From Flectonema sp. DT1601 (Eukaryota), in contig OZ025800.1 in NCBI GenBank assembly GCA_964019425.1, forward strand, positions 992,001 through 1,056,000: a stretch of 64,000 nt of DNA. Direction: 5' to 3'. Position numbers and translations under genes: made by a program. Positions 46,349 through 56,529 of this stretch are shown here, piece by piece (position 1 is the stretch's first letter; every line of letters starts with the position of its first letter). The notes under the pieces were generated by a model. The model was not told the origin of the DNA. It saw only the letters and a list, made by a program, of their open reading frames with translations, and searched no databases.

Positions 46349-47053
46349 ATGAAAACAAGATCTCCTCTGAAAAACTCAATTGAGAATGCGACTCAAAAGA
46401 TTCGTGTTAAGGAAGTAACAGAATCCACACCAACTGATGTTGTTGAGGTTCCCGTTAATGAGTTGAAGTTCACACATTCTGATATCGACTCGAGAATGGC
46501 TTTCAAAGATGGAACGTCCCTGTACATGACGTTAGATCACTTGGAGAGACGTAAAATATCACCCAGAAACCTTCCACCTTTAGATATTTGTTTACATGAG
46601 GGGAAATACTACTCAATAAGTAATCGTAGGCTTAAAGTTTTGATATGGTACGCTTCAACACAAGAAGACAAAAATGTAATGGCACCCTGCATTGTAAGGA
46701 CGAAGAAATGGAGAAACAACAAGTTTCAAAAAGCTCTGACGTCTAAGTGTGGAGGTGAAGGGATAAGACCGAAGCAGTCAAAGGGCTTTAAGAACCATGC
46801 GACTCACAATGGTACGGAACTGTTTTCAGGTGAGGACCAGATTGCAATAAATATGAACACCGAAGAGTCGTCTGATGATGGTGATGATGAAAAGGAACAT
46901 CTTAATAACGAATCGGTGTGTGAGTCATTGCGTTCGATGATCGATAGTTTTTGTAAAAAACTTCTTCACATTCTTCACATTTCTTGCTTCTTGTTTCTGG
47001 TCTTGTGTGTGTTTTATTTGTATTTCGTCCGTCCTCGAGGATGTAATACCTGA
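46349..47053 (+). CDS. ParB/Srx-like domain protein with C-terminal TM anchor, paralog 3
   Basis: Core nearly identical to paralogs 1 and 2; tail ILHISCFLFLVLCVFYLYFV. Confidence 0.7.
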   Translation: MKTRSPLKNSIENATQKIRVKEVTESTPTDVVEVPVNELKFTHSDIDSRMAFKDGTSLYMTLDHLERRKISPRNLPPLDICLHEGKYYSISNRRLKVLIWYASTQEDKNVMAPCIVRTKKWRNNKFQKALTSKCGGEGIRPKQSKGFKNHATHNGTELFSGEDQIAINMNTEESSDDGDDEKEHLNNESVCESLRSMIDSFCKKLLHILHISCFLFLVLCVFYLYFVRPRGCNT

Positions 47054-47812
47054 AACTAATTGTCTCATCTGAGCCTCCGTTTGATACTGACTGGTATAAC
47101 TATTTGTGTTCCCCAATTTGGTGATTCTTTTTTTGAAACTTTCGGTGAGCCAATTACGATATCAATGCTAAGCCAAATTAGGGGTGAATGGTTCTGCATG
47201 TTTTATATTCATTCTTTGATATCACACATTCATTGATATTATAGGGCTGTATTAAGTGATGGAAGAATCAACGTGAGTAGGACGGGTCTGATCTCGCGGT
47301 ATCCTTACCTTCTTCGCTGAAGAGGGATACGGTCTGAAGAAATACTTACAGCAATTACTAACTGTCGGTTTTTTTTGAAATAGATCTGTTGGTAAATCTA
47401 AATTATCAAAAAAACTGGAATGAAGTCCCCGCAAGAAATTATGGAATCCATAGTTTTGTTTTTATATAACTTTTCTTTTTTGTGTATTGATTTAGTGTAC
47501 TATTTTAAAGGGTCCGGCGCGGTTATGACCTTAAACTGACTGTCATCTTAGCTGATCCTTTTGTTTTATTTTTTCCACCTTCCCCCAGATCAGAGTGTTA
47601 GCCTGTATTAACATTTTAGTCCCTGTGTCATGAGTTTTTTAATTTTATTATTGAGTTCTGATACAGAGATTTATATTCGTATGAACCTTATCAAACAGTC
47701 TTTCCCCCAGATCATTTCTCTTTTATTTTCTTTAGTTGTTAACAACCTGTTGGGTGGGAGCTGGGAGTCGATCACTTCTAGCCGAAGCTAACATCACTTC
47801 TAACGAAGTTAT

Positions 47813-48960
47813 GAAACTACAATCTTCGCGATTGGGTCCTTACTGATGCGGGCTACCCAGACCCCTCGTAGTCATCAGTTTGTATTTTGCTAACTAACTA
47901 CTTTGCGTTAAGAAAGTGCAGAAATGAATTCTTTTTTCTTTCACCAATCTCCATTTTTTATTCTCACTTTTCGAGACTAAAATTAATGATATTAACTACT
48001 TTACGTTCCTCGCTGAAGAAGGCTGGGTAATGAAGACGTGGCTGGGGAATGGTTCGAAGAAAGACTTTTTAATTTTAGTCCGAAACCATTATTTGTTTGT
48101 TGTCCTACGATTTTTTTCATTTGATTGAAATTTTGTTGTTTTTTAATTAACTGATAACAATTAATACTATCTCTGGTTACTACCATGTGGGGCTCGCTTA
48201 GCGTCTACCAGTGGCTCTGGCCTTGTGCGACATTTTTATGCGCAGGATAGCTGGAACCATAAAAGGAGTTACGCCAGGTAAAGCGAATGATTGGAGGCAT
48301 TGGGGATATCGTTTCCTCGACCTATTCTCAAACTTTAAATGGGCGTGAACGCGGGGTTGCTCAATTGAACCCCGGTGCACCCAGGTGCCGAGAGAAGCGT
48401 CTTCGTACATCTGGCCCACAAGACTCAGACACATCTGTTGAATCTGAGCATGAGTGGAAACCTTTTAATTTTATTATTATTCCCCCCCATAAACAAACTC
48501 AGCACCACTCATTAATTAGTTGGTGTCCCACGTCCACTTATATTTATGTGGAGGACTCAGACCTAATCTCGATTACATGTTAACTCTGCCAAATCTCCCT
48601 CAGGTACGGCAGAGTGTGGGTGAAACCTACCCTCTGCCGTATTACATTATACCCTGGTTTTGGTTTCCCGGGGTTCACGATTAATTCATAATTGAATAAC
48701 TCGATTCCGTACTGCACTGAATGACAACATGGAAAAAGAGATGTGCATGCAGCTAAGTTAGAAATATTTATTATAATGTAAAGTATTTATGTTAATCGCG
48801 GAGTGTATACCTACACTAACATTACCTTTAGTCAACTGTATCTCAGAACTAATGTTAAATTATCGTTATGTTGTTTATGTTACAATACATTTGTATTTTG
48901 CGTACAAAATCAAATAGTTAACCCCCAGGTGTCACACCTCTCAGGGCGATTTTGCCCCCC
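47813..48960 (+). mobile_element. Stack 3 of short retroposon-like modules (M1, M3, M4, long M5, long M7)
   Basis: Same modules as stacks 1 and 2 in a different combination. Long M7 is flanked by ccctcaggt (48597-48605) and ccccaggt (48923-48930). Confidence 0.65.
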
Positions 48961-49282
48961 ATTAAGAATGTGGAAAAAATCTTTACCTTTAATTAATTAC
49001 AACCAACTCAGTCATTTTTAATCCCCCAAAATAGGATTTCACCGTAGATGTGCAGTATCTGAAATGCTGGAAGTGTGTCGGAGTAGGAGTGCAATCTTGT
49101 TTACTACTGAGTAGTGAATTTCTTTGCCTGAGTTGGTTAACAACGAGGAGCTTTTTGTGGACTTGTGACAGTCACTTGGTGTGTCGAATAAATCAAGTCA
49201 GACGCAACCATCTAAAAAATGTTATTTAGTTATTTTTGTAAATATTAATCCTTATCTCCCGACAACAGGACCGTCAGCACCG

Positions 49283-51679
49283 ATGTCGGGGTTGCTTTTG
49301 CTTTCGGTTGCTATGCTTGCAGTTCCTTCAGTGGAGAATTCATTGCGCCGGCAAAGTCACAACTGCGTAGTTGGTGGAATGTTTGACGACCTGTCAATTG
49401 GAGTTGAGCAAACTGATTATTGGAATTATAGTGTCCAACAACAAGGGATAGAATTCAATAACAATCGAGAAGACGTGGCTCTCTATAATCAAATTCATGG
49501 TTCTAGTGATAAGATGACGGGTGTTACTTTTGACGTTTATCTCACAAATGGATATCTCGAACACCGATTCTACAGCTCTGCGACACTTATTCTTACAATA
49601 CGTATAAGTGAAAGTATGGTATCGGTCAAGAATATCTTAGGTACCTTCGAAAGAAATCGTATTAGGAGTAGTTCAGGTTGGACCACTATTTCGTATCAAT
49701 TGGTTGCTGATCCTACGCAATCAGATATTCAAAGTGGGGTTTCAAATTGGAATATAATATTGTTTATGAATGGGATTGCCGAAGTACTAAAAACAGATGT
49801 TGCTTCTCATATTTTTAATAGGATTACATCAACTGAAGTGATTGGGGTGGGAGCTGATATCGTTCTCCGCAATAGGTGGTTTTCTTGCTTGGAAATCTAT
49901 CCTATATATATCACCAGTATAGATGATTCGGGAACCCTCTTGAAAATGGAAACTTTTTGGACCTTACCAAGAACATTTCCTACAACTACTTTGAGTATTT
50001 ATTTATCAAAAGATAAATATTGTTTTTGTACAACCGAATACCGATGTGATTATCCTTCGGAAGTAGTTCTCAAAGTTACGGATCAGTACACTTCCGGTAA
50101 GTTGTCTTTTACTACTGAATACAGTGGCGCAACGTATTATATTTGTGCTGAAGGGTTTTCAATAGGAAATAGTCACGAGAGAAGGGATGTGGTAGATAGA
50201 ACCGTGCCGTCCAATGACGTTTGTCCTACGGTAGCTACCGGACTCGTAGTTGAATCCACTGGCACACAAATAACTTTGTCAGCAAAAAATTTGTTTTCCT
50301 GTTTCAAACAGGATCTTCTGTTTTATGGACAGTTCAAAATTATAAAGCAACAAACCTGTCCCGCACAAGAGTTAGACGTGAAATCAATAATTTGCTTTGC
50401 GCAATGTGAAGCTGCTGCAGGAATGTTCTCAGACTGTACAGGACCTATCCATCATGGGCATACCTGTAACAAAATATTAAGTGAGACAGTAGAGGGATGT
50501 CCAAGGGATTTTATTTGCCAAAACGGAGTGTTTCAGGTCACCAGCCCATGTCAAATATCAACTATCGCATCGGAGTGGAATAGTGAAAGTAGGGGAGCGG
50601 CTCTCAGTAATATCGGTGGACATACATACTCGATAACACCTCAGTCTTCCTACAGCTGTGTTCAGTCTATTCGTACTAAATCTGGTTATATGAGAGTGTC
50701 ATCTCATATTGCTATTATGGAGACCACAGCTTTGTCTATTGATGGGAATTGGGTTTGGTCGATTGAGTTTAATTGTAAACAAGGATGTTTGGCTCCAAAG
50801 GTAACTGGTGCCCATCCACTTCAAACTGTTACAGGGAACGGTCAAAGTCTTTACTGGGCTGCGATGGAGGGGTTTTATTGTGCACACTTAACGTCAACAT
50901 GTTCTGTTAATGGTCTTGATGTCACACCGAGCTGTTTAAGAACTTGTTTTATTCCAACGGAGTTACACATCATATTGAGATGTCCCAAAACAGTTCCAGT
51001 GGTTGGCACGTCTTGCATTTGGGAACCCGACTCACTTAGTAGTTGTGACATTGATAGTGCTATTGTTATTTGTACTGAGAATGGTTTCACAGCAAGACCT
51101 GCTTTCACATGTATTCACAAGAACTTAATCTCTGCTGCTACAAGTGTTTCAGCACCACAATACAAAGATGGTTTTTTTCGATACAGCATTTCTATCGATG
51201 GCGATGAAGATCTCATCGCTGATGGTGTAATAACACCTTTTGGTACCTTAAGTACATCATGGCTACGAGACCGTATAGTTACTGTTCTTTCAGGGGAGTA
51301 TATTGCTTGTAAGGTATTAGTGACTGATGTTTGCCCATCTTCTACAGTTTGTATTCCAGTTAATGGGGCACCATCGTTTTCAAGTAGTCGAAAGGTTTCG
51401 ACTCTTTCAACTTCTGGAAGTGTTGTATTTTCTATTTTCCCAGCGACGACTTCAACTGTAAGAGCTACTGACATAACTCATATCCTCACTTTGGTATTAA
51501 CTATTAATGATGTTGTTAGCGTATCACCTTCGGGTACTTTTCGATTTACTTCAGGTCTGTCCCTCTCTCAAGATACTACATTATCACTAACTCCATATCC
51601 ACAGTATTCTAGTGGTGGTACGTTGTATTATTCTGGTGTTGTGTTATCTTTTGTACTGATCTTTCTGGTATTTATGTAG
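49283..51679 (+). CDS. Cysteine-rich cell-surface protein (signal peptide; C-terminal hydrophobic TM/GPI-type tail)
   Basis: Start moved to the in-frame ATG 49283 (MSGLLLLSVAMLA, signal-like). Many Cys modules; ends GVVLSFVLIFLVFM. Confidence 0.8.
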   Translation: MSGLLLLSVAMLAVPSVENSLRRQSHNCVVGGMFDDLSIGVEQTDYWNYSVQQQGIEFNNNREDVALYNQIHGSSDKMTGVTFDVYLTNGYLEHRFYSSATLILTIRISESMVSVKNILGTFERNRIRSSSGWTTISYQLVADPTQSDIQSGVSNWNIILFMNGIAEVLKTDVASHIFNRITSTEVIGVGADIVLRNRWFSCLEIYPIYITSIDDSGTLLKMETFWTLPRTFPTTTLSIYLSKDKYCFCTTEYRCDYPSEVVLKVTDQYTSGKLSFTTEYSGATYYICAEGFSIGNSHERRDVVDRTVPSNDVCPTVATGLVVESTGTQITLSAKNLFSCFKQDLLFYGQFKIIKQQTCPAQELDVKSIICFAQCEAAAGMFSDCTGPIHHGHTCNKILSETVEGCPRDFICQNGVFQVTSPCQISTIASEWNSESRGAALSNIGGHTYSITPQSSYSCVQSIRTKSGYMRVSSHIAIMETTALSIDGNWVWSIEFNCKQGCLAPKVTGAHPLQTVTGNGQSLYWAAMEGFYCAHLTSTCSVNGLDVTPSCLRTCFIPTELHIILRCPKTVPVVGTSCIWEPDSLSSCDIDSAIVICTENGFTARPAFTCIHKNLISAATSVSAPQYKDGFFRYSISIDGDEDLIADGVITPFGTLSTSWLRDRIVTVLSGEYIACKVLVTDVCPSSTVCIPVNGAPSFSSSRKVSTLSTSGSVVFSIFPATTSTVRATDITHILTLVLTINDVVSVSPSGTFRFTSGLSLSQDTTLSLTPYPQYSSGGTLYYSGVVLSFVLIFLVFM

Positions 51680-52657
51680 GTAATTCTGATAATGTTAGTA
51701 GCACCTGCGTTGCAATGTGATGTCGTTCTGTTTGTTTAAGTTAAGGCAATTTCTTTTCCTTTTTTTTTTTTTTTGCATTCTCTTGCAACCGGCAAGTACA
51801 ACAAAGATAAATTTTTTTTGTATGGTTGTTTCCGTTCACGAATGGAAGCAACTATCTCTGATAAACACTGATTTCTGAAAGTGTGTCAGAAGGAATTATG
51901 GTTTCCGTTGTCAACGATGCGCGAGAATAGAGAGCTCCTCCCGAAACAAATTGAAAAAAAAAAAAAAAAAACTTCCCGAGGCAGGTATTATTTTGTATTC
52001 TCCTGAACGGAGTCTGCGAAGGGGTCTCTCGGGACCTCTCGCGGGCTCGGAAGCCTTCTGTGTCAGGCCGCATGTCGTGTCTACAATGAAGTGTCAACTT
52101 GGAACTGTTACGAACAAGAGGAATCCAACTGGTTAATTAAACCACAGCATGTCGCTTCATCACAGCGGTGGCGAGTGGCATGTGACTTCTGCCCAATGCC
52201 CGTGTGCAAAAGATAAAAAGAACAATCATTTACGTATCTTGTTTGTGCCTTTATGAGTGACTCTATCTCTTTTGTTTTGCTTACAAAAAGATTCTTTTTC
52301 TTTCTCTCTTTTCCATCATGTTTTGGTACTTTTTCACCCCTTCTACCGGTTTGCGTTGTCAGTAAATCGGGTACTGAGTAATTCTTGACCCGCACTGTCT
52401 TCCTTTCGCTGTTGTTATGTTATTTTTGTTTTTTGTTTTGTTTTGTTAGTTAAAAAAAAAAAAATTCTGTCTTGCCTTCCTCTTCGGAAACAATTTTTAC
52501 GATTTTCTTAAAAGTGAATCCCGAATCAGTTATTTCCTTTCCCGCGCAGATTGCGGTCTGATCTTTGATAATTTTTGTATCAAATAATTAAAAAAAAAAA
52601 AAAAAAAATCAAACTTTGTTTTCAGTCCCCCCTCAGAATGTCATATCTCCGACTAGT

Positions 52658-52748
52658 CTGCATCTCAGAACTAATGTTAAATTATCGTTATGTTATTTAT
52701 GTTACAATACATTTTTATTTTACGTACAAACTCGAACAGTTAATCCCC
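52658..52748 (+). mobile_element. 5'-truncated C-target retroposon (M7) with ~30-bp target-site duplication
   Basis: Flanked by cccccctcagaatgtcatatctccgactagt (52627-52657) and cccctcctcagaatgtcatatcttcgtcttgt (52745-52776). Confidence 0.75.
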
Positions 52749-52756
52749 TCCTCAGA

Positions 52757-54468
52757 ATGTCATATCTTCGTCTTGTTGAGTCACCGAGAAACGATCCTGG
52801 AGGACAACGATGCTTACCATCTGCCAGCACGTTTACATCACAACGTCACAATAGAAGAATCTTAGCTGGAAATACATTGGTTTCCTCGGGGGTTGGATCA
52901 AAGCAAACTAATAAAACAAACCTAGACAAGCAACCAATTGAATTAAGAAAATGGTGGGAGACTGAATGGCTAATCGGAAATATATGTTCCTGGCTGGGTA
53001 TTCAGTTTGTGTTTTTAGGACAAGTAGAGAACGATGATCAATTATTGTATCACATTCAAAAGAATCCAAGGCTACCTTCACCTAGATTGGTGTGTAAATG
53101 TTGGGCTCAGATTAGTCGAAATACTAATATTATTGATTTACGACCTGTAAAATATCAACTCAACGACTTCATGTTACACAAAGCACTCCAAGTAATGAAC
53201 AATGCTGAACACTTAAATATGTCGGAGTGTCGAAAGGTGCGGTTTGAAACGATGACCTTTACTTCAGCAAATACAAAAAATATTCAAATCCTTCACATGG
53301 TTGGTTGTTGTCATCTTACTGATGATATTTTGTATCGAATAACTTTGGAATTATCGGGTCTTAAGGAGTTATTTGTTGCTTCCTGTACTAAGCTTGAAAA
53401 AGTTCCGATTCACATTCCTTCATGTGGTAGCGTATTAGAATCGCTCGATATTAGCGCTAATCAACTGATTACTGATGAGACGATAAACAGATTGATTCTT
53501 GATCATACCAACTTGAGAGAAATATACCTGTCGCAGATGGAGCAGGTATTCCATCCTAATATAGCGAGTGATCGGTTGGAACTTATTAATATCGATGGTT
53601 GTGAAAATCTCAGATTTCCATCAGTCAATAAAATAATTCAGAATTGTCCTAACTTGAGATACGTAACATTCGGTGAGAATGACAATATGTTAGAAGATAC
53701 GGTAAAACTGTTTTCACATCACCAGTGGATTACAGAATTGAATATATCAGGTATATACCAAGGTGACAACACAGTAAACACTGCACTAGAATCACTGCCA
53801 AACTTACTCATGCTCGACGTTTCTAATTCTGAATTTGTAAAAACACCCAAACTGAAGCATCCTTTGCTTAATATTCTTATTATAAATTTGTGTTGTGAAC
53901 TTCAGAGTTCATCATTTTTAAACATAAATGAAAATCTTCCGAAATTAAAACACTTATCAGCCAATAGATGTGAATCTTTAGTTCGTCCTAAAATCTTCCA
54001 CAGCAGTCTCGAATTGTTAGATTTTTCATCATGCATATGTCTTCTTAGTGACAATACTACTGAAACGTGGTGTGACTGTCCTCAACTTAAAAAACTATTT
54101 CTGGGGTGTAATGTCAACGTTACTGATGAAGCTATTAAAGTAATTGCTCCATATTTAGGTGAGGTTACTGATTTAAATATTTATCAGGCAACTAGTTTGG
54201 TTTCGCCTGATATTTCACAACTAACGTCACTTCAAAGAATAACAATTACAAACTGTTGGGGGATAACACAGCAGTGGTTAGATGAATTAGATATACCTAC
54301 ACTGAGGTATGTTTTTTTTTGAACTGTTTTAAAAATTTCTTGTTTTTTTTAAAAACAAACACAAAAACACAAAAACAACAACACAGAACAATATATTTAA
54401 ACGATGAACAAGTTGATTGCGATGAGCGTTACGAAGACGACGAAGGAGGTACTTACGGTGGTTGGTGA
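52757..54468 (+). CDS. Leucine-rich-repeat protein (RNI-like/cysteine-containing LRR); 2 exons: 52757-54306, 54387-54468
   Basis: Repeated LxxLxLxxCxxL motifs (LKELFVASCTKL, LELINIDGCENL, LKHLSANRCESL, LKKLFLGCNVNVTD). Removing intron GTATG...acacag (54307-54386) gives the in-frame tail RTIYLNDEQVDCDERYEDDEGGTYGGW*. Confidence 0.85.
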
Positions 54469-54635
54469 CAACAACATCTGTTGAATGAATTGCTTGCTAT
54501 CTCAAGTGAGGACGTCAGATCACATTACGACTTTTACACCCACAGTTCTGTATTACCATACAGAGTGGTGTATGATTAGTTATGTATAAAAAAAAATAAT
54601 CAATAATTATTATTTTCATTGTCAGAATTACTGCA

Positions 54636-56030
54636 ATGGCTGAGGCGAGAAATCCATACCTTGCGAAGCACAGCATACCAGAGTTACTCGATACGATAGT
54701 ATCAAAGTTATTATTATTGCAGCCACATCATCCTGTTCGATTTATTATTAATGAATGCAGTGAAGTAGAACAAGATGTAAAAAGACTAAAAGCTGGTGTT
54801 CAAAGCAACGAAGGTGACTTTCCAGACTTAAAAGGAAAACACAGCATCATGGCGAATGTTTTAACAAAAGAGATATACAGACTTCTTTATAAATTAAGAA
54901 CGGCTCATGGAGGATCTCTTGATGATGTCATTCAGGTTGGAATTGATATTCCAGAGAATTTATTTTCGTATTCTTGTGGATGTGTTTGTACTGATGCTCA
55001 GTGTTATTTTTTGTTCTCACCTTTATTGAAATATGTAATCAAATCAAAACACAAAGATTGGGATCAAAGCATCCAACATGAAGAACGAATTAATTCACTC
55101 CTCGACTCACCATCATCATATGTTCTAAATTCACCTCTTGTTCTCGGAAGTTATGCGACTTTAGAACGATCAGTAAGAGGATCAGCATTCCCATACCTAA
55201 TAAGAAGGGGTGATAGAAGAATTATATCTGAATCAGTTCAGGGTGCTGTAAGGAATGCTTCTGTTGAAGGAGATTGGTTACCCATTCCCAATGACAGACA
55301 TGTAAATAAAATAATTCCATCAAAAGTAGCTGACATTACACCAGCTAACGCCATGTCGTTGGTATCGAAAACAATTCTAACTCTACCTGTGCTCTCATCT
55401 CAGTATGATCAACACATTAACATTAGTCGTGATTGGCCTGATGGACGTGCTCAGTGGCTCTCTTCAGATAAAGACATTTCGATTTGGACGAATGTTTACG
55501 AGCATATCGCACTGAGAATGGTAGACTCGGGTCGTGACATTAGCAAAGGATTAGATAAATTGCTTTCACTGGGAATCGAACTGGAACAATTATTGAGAGA
55601 GATTGACTGTGAGATTGCATACTCAAAGGAATTAGGATCTCTAGTGTCACATCCTGGGAATCTCGGAACTAGTTTTGAAGTTGGTGTTGTAGTCCAGTTG
55701 CGGCATCTGACTCACCACGTGAGGTTTGATGAATTGCTTAAAGCTCTTTCACTTACAACTTTAACCATACCCGAGTTGCAGTCAACATCGTATTTCGAAA
55801 GCACTACTTCATCGACATGTGTGGGTAACCATCCTACACTTACAAGAGCTACTGCTAATGTTGATGATGAAACTGGTATTATCTGCGTTTTATCTACTCG
55901 AAAAATGTCAACAACAATAAACCTTGTGGTCAGAGAAACGGTTAACGCTTTACAACACCTTCTCGTGTTGGAAGAATTATTAATAAGAAAACAATGTATT
56001 GACGCTCCTATTGGAAAATTAATTAGATAA
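54636..56030 (+). CDS. ATP:guanido phosphotransferase (arginine/creatine kinase)-like protein with N-terminal RIIa/DPY-30-type docking domain; probably catalytically inactive
   Basis: N-terminal YLAKHSIPELLDTIVSKLLLLQPHHPVRFI; kinase motifs FPDL..KHSIMANVLT, RDWPDGR and PGNLGT. Confidence 0.8.
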   Translation: MAEARNPYLAKHSIPELLDTIVSKLLLLQPHHPVRFIINECSEVEQDVKRLKAGVQSNEGDFPDLKGKHSIMANVLTKEIYRLLYKLRTAHGGSLDDVIQVGIDIPENLFSYSCGCVCTDAQCYFLFSPLLKYVIKSKHKDWDQSIQHEERINSLLDSPSSYVLNSPLVLGSYATLERSVRGSAFPYLIRRGDRRIISESVQGAVRNASVEGDWLPIPNDRHVNKIIPSKVADITPANAMSLVSKTILTLPVLSSQYDQHINISRDWPDGRAQWLSSDKDISIWTNVYEHIALRMVDSGRDISKGLDKLLSLGIELEQLLREIDCEIAYSKELGSLVSHPGNLGTSFEVGVVVQLRHLTHHVRFDELLKALSLTTLTIPELQSTSYFESTTSSTCVGNHPTLTRATANVDDETGIICVLSTRKMSTTINLVVRETVNALQHLLVLEELLIRKQCIDAPIGKLIR

Positions 56031-56289
56031 CTTCCTCTTTATAAATATTTATTATTATTATTACATTTATTATTTTATATAATAAATGCTTTCCAGCAAT
56101 TGTTATGTAAAAACTGCAGTCATTTATTTGTTTTGTTTTATTTATTTTTTTTTAATCAGGATAAGCTGTTGCGAGGCATATGGGTATCCTCACTGTGGTC
56201 TTTTTTTTTTGGAAAAGGAATAATTACTGCTTTAGTAGTTGTAATTCAACAACAGTTACACAGAAGTAAATGTGAGTGTCGCCTCACCG

Positions 56290-56529
56290 ATGGCAACAAC
56301 GAAAACTAAAAAAACGAGTAAAACAATAGAAAAGGTTCACATCACTTGGTCTGATCCAAATGAAATGTCTCCACCGGCTCCGCATTGCCGAGATCTGAAG
56401 GCGATGTATTCTTGTGATCAACAGAACGTGAATCCACAGTGTGAATGGCATCACAGGGAATATAGAGATCATCAATTAAGACCTGGTTACTGTGAACATG
56501 TTCAGGGTGATAGTTGTCTCGTCTCTTAG
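56290..56529 (+). CDS. Small (79-aa) Cys/His-containing protein ending in a CaaX box (CLVS)
   Basis: ATG ORF with coding-like composition lying between two genes on the same strand; terminal CaaX. Confidence 0.5.
   Translation: MATTKTKKTSKTIEKVHITWSDPNEMSPPAPHCRDLKAMYSCDQQNVNPQCEWHHREYRDHQLRPGYCEHVQGDSCLVS

Noticed and set aside
42570..48960. CRISPR array or integron interpretation of the module stacks
   Set aside because: No constant-length repeats with unique spacers, no attC-like sites, no cas or integrase gene; eukaryotic context.
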